A stretch of DNA of 22,784 nt from Promethearchaeota archaeon (GTDB lineage Archaea > Asgardarchaeota > Lokiarchaeia > Sigyniarchaeales > SOKP01), in NCBI GenBank assembly GCA_018238625.1, contig JABCSY010000065.1:1-22784 (forward strand), in the 5' to 3' direction. Made by a program: the position numbers and the translations under genes. The notes beneath the pieces are model-generated. The model was not told where the DNA came from. It did not search any database and saw nothing but the letters and a program-made list of their open reading frames with translations. Shown one piece after another: positions 16,105-22,784 of the stretch. How positions within the stretch are numbered: position 1 is the first letter of the stretch; each line of letters starts with the position of its first letter.

Positions 16105-18987
16105 TTAGCTGTGATTTAAATATCTTTTAAGATATTTTGCGGTATAAGACATTTTATCATTAATAATCTCTTCTGGCGTTCCTTTTACGACTAATTCTCC
16201 TCCTTTTTCTCCACCCTCAGGTCCAAGATCTATTAAATAATCTACAGATTTTATTACATCCATATTATGCTCTATTACTATTACTGTATTCCCTTTATCA
16301 ACCAATTTTTGAAGTACTTTTAATAAAAAATTTATGTCATGGGCATGCAATCCTGTTGTTGGTTCATCAAGTATATATAATGTATTCCCTGTGCTTGTTT
16401 TTCTTAGTTCTCTTGCTATCTTCACACGTTGAGATTCTCCTCCACTCAAGGTGGTTGAAGATTGACCCAACTCTAGATATCCTAATCCAACATCTACTAC
16501 AGTTTTTAAAGTTCTTTTTAAATTTGGAATGCTATCGAAAAATTCTAGCCCTTGATGAAACGTCATTTTAAGCACATCTGAAATCGTTTTTCCCTTAAAT
16601 TTAATTTCTAAGGTTTCAGCGTTATATCTCTTTCCGTTGCACAAATCGCATCTAATGTAAACATCCGGAAGAAAATACATCTCTTTAAGGATGAATCCTG
16701 TTCCTTTACATTTTTTACAGTGCCCTTCTTTAGTATTGAAGCTGAATCTTCCTTTCTTATAACCCCTCTCTCTTGATTCTTCAAGTTTTGCGAAAATATC
16801 TCTTATATAATCTAATGCCTTAGTATAAGTGGCTGGGACCGACCGAGGAGTTCTTCCAATTGGAGATTGATCTATGTTAATTATTTTATCAATCTTATCG
16901 TGACCTTTTAGTTCGTCAAAATCGCCCGTGCTTAAACGCGAACTGCGAGTATTTACAATGTTATGTAGTCCCTTGTATAAACAATCTATTATCAAACTTG
17001 TTTTTCCCGCTCCAGAAACGCCTGTAATACACGTAAATATCCCCAAAGGAATCTTGATATTTATATTTTTTAGGTTATTTTCTCGCGCACCTTTAATTTC
17101 AATAAATTCGTCGTTAATGGATCGTCTTTTTTTAGGGACTTCAATCTTTTTTTTCCCAGATAAATATTTACCGGTCAAGGATTTTGATTCTAAAATAACT
17201 TCAATAGGTCCTTCAGCAACGACCTCTCCCCCGTTCTCGCCTGCTAAAGGTCCGAGGTCTATAATATGATCGGCGTTACGCATAATTTCATCGTCGTGTT
17301 CTACAACGATTACGGTATTCCCTAAATCTCTTAACTTCTTTAACATTTGTATCAATTGTGAAATATCTCGTTGGTGTAAACCTACAGAAGGTTCATCTAA
17401 CACGTACAACACACCAACCAAACGGGAGCCTAATTGAGTTGCCAGTCTAATTCTTTCAGCTTCTCCTACAGAGAGCGTGTGTGATCTTCGGCTTAAAGTT
17501 ATGTAATCCAATCCAACATTTTCTAAGAAAGATAAACGATCTAGAATTTCCTTTAATACATCCTTTACGATCTTTTTTTGAAGCTCGTTCAACTTTAATT
17601 TTTTAAAATAATTCAATGAGTCTTTGACAGATAAATCGGATAATTCAGCAATATTAAGATTCTCTATGATGATTGATAGACTTTCAGGTCTTAGTCTTTG
17701 ACCTTTACACTGTGGGCAATCAATTCGATTCATAAAACTTTCGTAAATATCTCTAGCCCACTCTGAACGTGTTTCCATATATCTTCTATGTAGTATAGGA
17801 ATTATCCCTTCGAATGGTCTAGCAACATGATATGACGATTTTATTTCATTTTTTTGATTATTTTGATTTCCAAAACCATTATTTTCGCTTTCGAAATGGA
17901 ATTCTACTACTTCATCTTCCGTTCCAAATAAAATCTTATGCAACTTTTTTGGATCGATATTCTTTATCGCTGTTTTATCGGTATCAAACTTGTAATGTTC
18001 AGCAACTTGTCTTATGGATTGCCAAGAATATCCCGTTAAAGTACCAAAACCAGGTATGTTTCTAATCGGAGTTTCTTGAAGTGGAACATCAGAATCTTTT
18101 CCTAATACCAATTCGTAATCGAATTCCATTACAGTCCCTAATCCACTACAATATTTGCAACTGCCGTGTGGTATGTTAAATGAGAACATTTTATGGTTAA
18201 TAGGGGGAAAAGAAATACTACAATCAACGCACGCTAAATGTTCAGAATAGGTTTGTTCTTCCTTGTCAAGAACATCTACAACAACGATTCCTTCCGCTAG
18301 ATTTAAAGCATTTTCGATTGAATCTGCTAATCTGGTTTTGATATCTTTTTTCATTACTAATCTATCAAGAATTACATTAATATTATGTTTTACATTCTTG
18401 TCCATAGGAATTTCTTCGTCTAAAGTATATTGAATCCCATCTACCTCAACACGGACATATCCTTGTTTTTTGAGATCTTTAAGAAGGTCCTTATATTCAC
18501 CCTTTCGATCTCGGATAACTGGTGCTTTAACCATAAATTTTTGATTCTCTTCTATTGAATCTAATATTTGTTGAATAATTTGTTGAGGTGTTTGCGGTCT
18601 GATTTCTTTACCACAATTAGGGCAGTGAGGAATCCCAATATTGGCAAATAATAGTCTGTAATAATCATATATTTCTGTGACCGTTCCTACCGTACTTCGA
18701 GGATTCTTTGATAAGGGTTTTTGTTCTATAGCTATAGCAGGAGATAATCCTTCTATAGAATCTACATCTGGTTTATCCATTTCACCAAGAAATTGTCTGG
18801 CATAGCTTGATAAAGATTCAAGAAACCTTCGTTGTCCCTCCGCATACAGAGTGTCCATAGCTAAACTGGATTTGCCGCTTCCACTAATTCCTGTAATTAC
18901 TACTAATTTATTTCTTGGAATTACAACATCTATGTTTTTTAAGTTGTTTTGCCTAGCTCCTTTTATAATAATAGAATCTACAATCAT
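16105..18987 (-). CDS. uvrA: Excinuclease ABC subunit A
   Basis: GARQNNLKNI, GISGSGKSSLA, Zn-binding CxxC pairs, LDEPSVGLH, second Walker A GVSGAGKT, LSGGESQR, LDEPTTGLH. Confidence 0.97.
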   Translation of the reverse strand: MIVDSIIIKGARQNNLKNIDVVIPRNKLVVITGISGSGKSSLAMDTLYAEGQRRFLESLSSYARQFLGEMDKPDVDSIEGLSPAIAIEQKPLSKNPRSTVGTVTEIYDYYRLLFANIGIPHCPNCGKEIRPQTPQQIIQQILDSIEENQKFMVKAPVIRDRKGEYKDLLKDLKKQGYVRVEVDGIQYTLDEEIPMDKNVKHNINVILDRLVMKKDIKTRLADSIENALNLAEGIVVVDVLDKEEQTYSEHLACVDCSISFPPINHKMFSFNIPHGSCKYCSGLGTVMEFDYELVLGKDSDVPLQETPIRNIPGFGTLTGYSWQSIRQVAEHYKFDTDKTAIKNIDPKKLHKILFGTEDEVVEFHFESENNGFGNQNNQKNEIKSSYHVARPFEGIIPILHRRYMETRSEWARDIYESFMNRIDCPQCKGQRLRPESLSIIIENLNIAELSDLSVKDSLNYFKKLKLNELQKKIVKDVLKEILDRLSFLENVGLDYITLSRRSHTLSVGEAERIRLATQLGSRLVGVLYVLDEPSVGLHQRDISQLIQMLKKLRDLGNTVIVVEHDDEIMRNADHIIDLGPLAGENGGEVVAEGPIEVILESKSLTGKYLSGKKKIEVPKKRRSINDEFIEIKGARENNLKNINIKIPLGIFTCITGVSGAGKTSLIIDCLYKGLHNIVNTRSSRLSTGDFDELKGHDKIDKIINIDQSPIGRTPRSVPATYTKALDYIRDIFAKLEESRERGYKKGRFSFNTKEGHCKKCKGTGFILKEMYFLPDVYIRCDLCNGKRYNAETLEIKFKGKTISDVLKMTFHQGLEFFDSIPNLKRTLKTVVDVGLGYLELGQSSTTLSGGESQRVKIARELRKTSTGNTLYILDEPTTGLHAHDINFLLKVLQKLVDKGNTVIVIEHNMDVIKSVDYLIDLGPEGGEKGGELVVKGTPEEIINDKMSYTAKYLKRYLNHS

Positions 18988-18992
18988 GGTTG

Positions 18993-18997
18993 CTCCT
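18993..18997 (-). promoter_or_regulatory. Shine-Dalgarno-like site for uvrA
   Basis: Minus strand AGGAG-CAACC-ATG. Confidence 0.55.
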
Positions 18998-19041
18998 ATT
19001 TACCTTCAATTCATAATAAAAGAAAAGTTTCACGCTTATAC

Positions 19042-21036
19042 TTAATAATCTTCCTTTATTGCCTTTATTTTATCTCTTAAGTAAGCAGCATCTTCAAATC
19101 TAAGTTCTTTAGCTGCCAAGAACATTTTGTTTTCAAGATAATGAATAATCAAATCTCTATCTCCTTCTTTTCCTAACTCTTCAATCTTATCCTTAATTTT
19201 TCTCTTTAATTTGGTTGTTTCTTTCTCCTTGAATTCCTTTTCTTCTGAAAGTGAATTTAAAATGCTTTTCTTTATTGTTTGAGGTGTAATATTATTTTTT
19301 TGGTTATAATCTACTTGTTTCTTTCTTCTTCTGTTAGTTTCGTCTATTGCCGCTTTCATCGCGGGAGTAATTCTCCCTGCGTATAAAATTGCTCTTCCAT
19401 CGATGTTTCGCGAAGCTCTTCCAATAGTTTGAATTAGCGATCTTGCATCTCTCAGAAACCCTAATTTATCTGCATCTAAAATAGCAACTAATTGCACTTC
19501 AGGCAAATCTAATCCTTCTCTTAGGAGATTAATCCCAACTAAAACGTCATAAGTACCATCCCTTAGAGATCTTAATATTTCAAATCTTTCTACCGTACCT
19601 ACTTCGGAATGTAAGTAAGCAATCTTTAAACCAAGTTCAGCGTAGTATTCCGCGATATCTTCTGACATTCGTTTCGTAAGAGTCGTTACTAAAATTCTCC
19701 CTTTGTTTTTAATCACCTTACGAATTTCGTCTAATAGATCATCAATCTGATTTTTTGCAGGACGAATCTCCACTTCAGGATCGACTAATCCAGTCGGTCT
19801 AATTATTTGTTCTGCGGAAATGCCACTACTCTTTTCTAACTCCCAATTTCCAGGAGTTGCGCTCATAAAAATTATATACTTTATCTTTGATTCCCATTCT
19901 TCGAATTTTAAAGGTCTATTATCGTACGCCGATGGCAATCTCCACCCAAAGTCCACGAGATTCTTTTTTCTCGATTTATCTCCGCCTATCATTCCATGAA
20001 TTTGCGGAATCGTGATATGACTCTCATCAACAACGATTAAAAAGTCTTCTGGAAAGTAATCGATTAAGCACATAGGAGGGCTACCAGGAGGCCTTCTATC
20101 TAAGTGCCTGGAATAGTTTTCTACTCCTTTGCACCATCCCATTTCCCTCATCATTTCGAGATCAAACTTTCCTCTTTTCTCAATGCGTTGCGCTTCAGCG
20201 TATTTTTTTTCCTTCGTGAATTTTGCTATCTGGATTTCTAACTCTTCCTCTATTGAAACCAAGGCTTTTGCTTTATTTTCTTCTGGTATGATAAAATGAG
20301 TTGCCGGAAAAACTCTGCAATTAGATAAATTTTTTATTATATTATTTGAAACATGATGGATTTCTTGAATAGATTCGATTTCATCTCCAAATAAGGAAAT
20401 ACGAATAGCAGTATCTAAATAAGCTGGAAAGATATCTATTATGTCTCCTTTAACTCTTAGGACCCCCGGTCTAAAATCGATATCTTTTCTCTCATAATTC
20501 ATTAAGATTAATCTCTTAATGATGTCCTTTCTCTTAATACTCTGACCAACTTCGAGGTTTATAGAGATGGCTGTCCAAACTTTAGGATCTCCAATTCCAT
20601 AAATGCAAGAAACCGTTGCGACTATTATGACATCATTTCGGGTCCTAATTGCGTGTGTAGCGGCTAACCTTAATCTCTCAATCTCTTCGTTTACGCTAAA
20701 ATCTTTCTCAATGTACATCCCTGTTACCGGAAGAAATGCTTCGGGTTGGTAGTAATCGTAATATGATACAAAATAATGGACGGTATTATGGGGGAATAAT
20801 TCTTTTAGTTCGTTATACAACTGCGCAGCCAATGTTTTGTTAGGTGCCATTACTAACGTAGGTTTTTGGATTTTTTGTATGACTTGTGCAATTGAAAATG
20901 TTTTACCAGTACCTGTTGCACCTAAAAGAGTTTGAAATTTTTTCCCGTTTTTTATGTTGCCGGCTAAGCTTTTTATTGCTTTTGGTTGATCTCCGCTAGG
21001 TTGAAACTCAGATTCAATTTTGAAATTAGCAATCAT
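19042..21036 (-). CDS. uvrB: Excinuclease ABC subunit B
   Basis: GDQPKAI, GATGTGKT, YFVSYYDYYQPEA beta-hairpin, DESH, SATPG, GINLLREGLD, C-terminal UVR motif FEDAAYLRD. Confidence 0.97.
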   Translation of the reverse strand: MIANFKIESEFQPSGDQPKAIKSLAGNIKNGKKFQTLLGATGTGKTFSIAQVIQKIQKPTLVMAPNKTLAAQLYNELKELFPHNTVHYFVSYYDYYQPEAFLPVTGMYIEKDFSVNEEIERLRLAATHAIRTRNDVIIVATVSCIYGIGDPKVWTAISINLEVGQSIKRKDIIKRLILMNYERKDIDFRPGVLRVKGDIIDIFPAYLDTAIRISLFGDEIESIQEIHHVSNNIIKNLSNCRVFPATHFIIPEENKAKALVSIEEELEIQIAKFTKEKKYAEAQRIEKRGKFDLEMMREMGWCKGVENYSRHLDRRPPGSPPMCLIDYFPEDFLIVVDESHITIPQIHGMIGGDKSRKKNLVDFGWRLPSAYDNRPLKFEEWESKIKYIIFMSATPGNWELEKSSGISAEQIIRPTGLVDPEVEIRPAKNQIDDLLDEIRKVIKNKGRILVTTLTKRMSEDIAEYYAELGLKIAYLHSEVGTVERFEILRSLRDGTYDVLVGINLLREGLDLPEVQLVAILDADKLGFLRDARSLIQTIGRASRNIDGRAILYAGRITPAMKAAIDETNRRRKKQVDYNQKNNITPQTIKKSILNSLSEEKEFKEKETTKLKRKIKDKIEELGKEGDRDLIIHYLENKMFLAAKELRFEDAAYLRDKIKAIKEDY

Positions 21037-21082
21037 AAGTTAAACGCCAAATTTTAAGGTTAATTAAGATGAAGTTGAATAC

Positions 21083-21109
21083 AATTTATAGACGATAGGT
21101 CTATAGATT
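21083..21109. promoter_or_regulatory. Imperfect inverted repeat overlapping a TATA-like box upstream of uvrBA
   Basis: AATTTATAGAC-GATAG-GTCTATAGATT (11-bp arms, 1 mismatch); the minus strand reads TATAAATT at 21090-21083; about 47 nt from the uvrB ATG. Confidence 0.5.
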
Positions 21110-21160
21110 TTTTAATCAAACATAACTTATGATTTTTTCTAAAAAATAAATAAATAAAAA

Positions 21161-22783
21161 TTAGTTAACAGCAGTTTCTTCGTGGATATCTTCTGCTCCT
21201 TCTTTGGTTCGGACTATTATTATTAATATATCGTTTAATTCAATGGTAATAGGAAAAATTAAATCTTCGAGATCATCCGTGCTAATTGTAAATTTAATTG
21301 AACTACCCGCTCCGATTTCGTAAATGCTGTCAGTAAAATTAACCAAGGGGATATATGTACCATTGATATTTATTGAATCTACCGTAACATTAAAAATGCC
21401 ATTATTTTCTATCGTAATTTCTACATTTCTTGGAGCTGTAATTTTTGCTGTCGTTCCAGCATCGTCAATATTGATATCATAAAAGCGTGAATCTACAGAT
21501 GCAGAGAAATCCATGGAAAATTGAGCAGTAGTGTTAGTTGTTATATTAACATTAACGATATTAGACGCATTTAACATCAACCCTGTAATATTAAAAGATA
21601 CTAAAGCGCATTCTTGAACATCTAGAGATATATCTCCATATTCAAAATTTACATCGCTATCAAATGATAACATTGTTGTGGTATTTAGATATAACTTATC
21701 TAAAGTTATTGACTCGTCTCCAGTGTTTTTGATTAAAATTTTACCCGTCTCGTTAGCGGCAATATAAGACACAGTTTGACTTTCGACATTGTCGATAATT
21801 TGTATATCTGGTTTGTCAATGATTGTGTGCACAAATCCAACGTCAGAAGCTTTAGTAGAACCATCAAAATTTGTTGTGACTATGATTCCAATCTCGTCAT
21901 TTACATTTAGACCCGCCAAATAATCGGATGCAATTACCTTTATGCTTTTCTCTTGACCAGGGTTTAAATTAAATGGTACTAAATCTTCAACAGATGTCCA
22001 ACTAGTGGATTGTGTTATGTATATCGAATCGAGTCCTAATATGATGTCTCCAGTGTTTTTAATTTTAATATTCACCATAGTAGTTCCGTTTTCGTAAGTG
22101 TACGCATATGTATCGTCTAAATTAATTGGAATATGTTTTCTATAATCGCTTTGACTAGCAATTAAGGCTTCAGGTGAAACAATTCTGTTTTCATCTACGA
22201 TTGAAATTTTGAAATCTTCATAATTCGAAGTAAATAATAGCTCATCTTTGATGTTATTTGGAGTAACAACACCGATTTTGTGTTCAGTTCTTAACGGATA
22301 AAACGGAACTAATGAATTTGTTATCTTGACATAAGCTTTTTGACCAGGGATTAATATAGGCGAACCGGAAATATAATGCTTATTTACAAAGGTATTATTT
22401 TCGTTATCTACATAAAAGTCTTTCAAGATCACGGTTGTATATCCAGTATTCTCAATTTCGAGATATATCTCGCTATTAGTCCCATCGACTTGAACAACTT
22501 TGCTATTAGGTTTATTAATTTTTATGTCTCCTTCCCTAGCTTCTTCAACAAAGAAATTATTCGTAGTATTTGTAAAGAAATAATCTTTATTATCCAAGGC
22601 TACTGATTTAGCCTCTACTGTGATTTTTACGACGTCGTTAGTTTGAAAGGATTGACCGCTTGCTTTTATATCAACCCAAACCAAGTCATCTTCACTGGCA
22701 TTTAGTTTGTGTGTACTAATCCCTTTACCCAAGTCGAATTCATAACTCTCGCCATTTATTTTAACATCGGAAATAGTTAAATC
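21161..22783 (-). CDS. Large putative cell-surface/secreted protein with tandem beta-sandwich modules (5'-truncated by the window)
   Basis: The frame is open to the window edge (DLTISDVKINGESYEFDLGKG...). Recurring I-x-I-x-N-T/N-G...I-x-L-x-x-hYh motif every ~107-131 aa; many N-x-S/T sequons; I/V/N/T/D-rich; no C-terminal TM helix. Confidence 0.75.
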   Translation of the reverse strand, partial: DLTISDVKINGESYEFDLGKGISTHKLNASEDDLVWVDIKASGQSFQTNDVVKITVEAKSVALDNKDYFFTNTTNNFFVEEAREGDIKINKPNSKVVQVDGTNSEIYLEIENTGYTTVILKDFYVDNENNTFVNKHYISGSPILIPGQKAYVKITNSLVPFYPLRTEHKIGVVTPNNIKDELLFTSNYEDFKISIVDENRIVSPEALIASQSDYRKHIPINLDDTYAYTYENGTTMVNIKIKNTGDIILGLDSIYITQSTSWTSVEDLVPFNLNPGQEKSIKVIASDYLAGLNVNDEIGIIVTTNFDGSTKASDVGFVHTIIDKPDIQIIDNVESQTVSYIAANETGKILIKNTGDESITLDKLYLNTTTMLSFDSDVNFEYGDISLDVQECALVSFNITGLMLNASNIVNVNITTNTTAQFSMDFSASVDSRFYDINIDDAGTTAKITAPRNVEITIENNGIFNVTVDSININGTYIPLVNFTDSIYEIGAGSSIKFTISTDDLEDLIFPITIELNDILIIIVRTKEGAEDIHEETAVN

Positions 22784-22784
22784 T

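Noticed and set aside
3920-22606. Short alternative ORFs in the track (3920-4108, 4694-4939, 5110-5298, 5785-5979, 6362-6556, 6732-6932, 9425-9745, 12241-12558, 13064-13357, 15015-15197, 15423-15719, 16356-16571, 16928-17269, 17832-18065, 18851-19045, 22376-22606)
   Set aside because: All are antisense shadows of well-supported genes and show no recognizable motifs.

Overview
An AT-rich archaeal chromosomal segment, most likely from an Asgard archaeon of the Lokiarchaeia type. This is inferred from a Rab-like small GTPase without a prenylation tail, a divergent EF-2 paralog outside the S12/S7 operon, archaeal Taw1/CCA/aIF5B and bacterial-type uvrBA. Gene order: 5'-truncated, very AT-rich protein fusing a degenerate two-motif LAGLIDADG domain to a C-terminal PD-(D/E)XK nuclease; tandem winged-helix protein; nucleoside phosphorylase; Taw1/TYW1 with an unusual ~90-aa winged-helix-like insertion; EngB GTPase; acidic repeat protein; Rab-like GTPase; EF-2 paralog with altered domain IV loops; CCA-adding enzyme; GNAT; membrane M28 peptidase; aIF5B; UvrA; UvrB; and a 5'-truncated surface protein with repeated beta-sandwich modules. 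Two gene remnants missed by the ORF track (the 3' half of a second Rab-like gene and the 3' end of an ABC ATPase) bracket the EF-2 paralog. Palindromes lie upstream of the EF-2 paralog and of uvrB. I saw no tRNA, rRNA, CRISPR array or transposase. All family calls come from motif recognition by eye; no searches were run.
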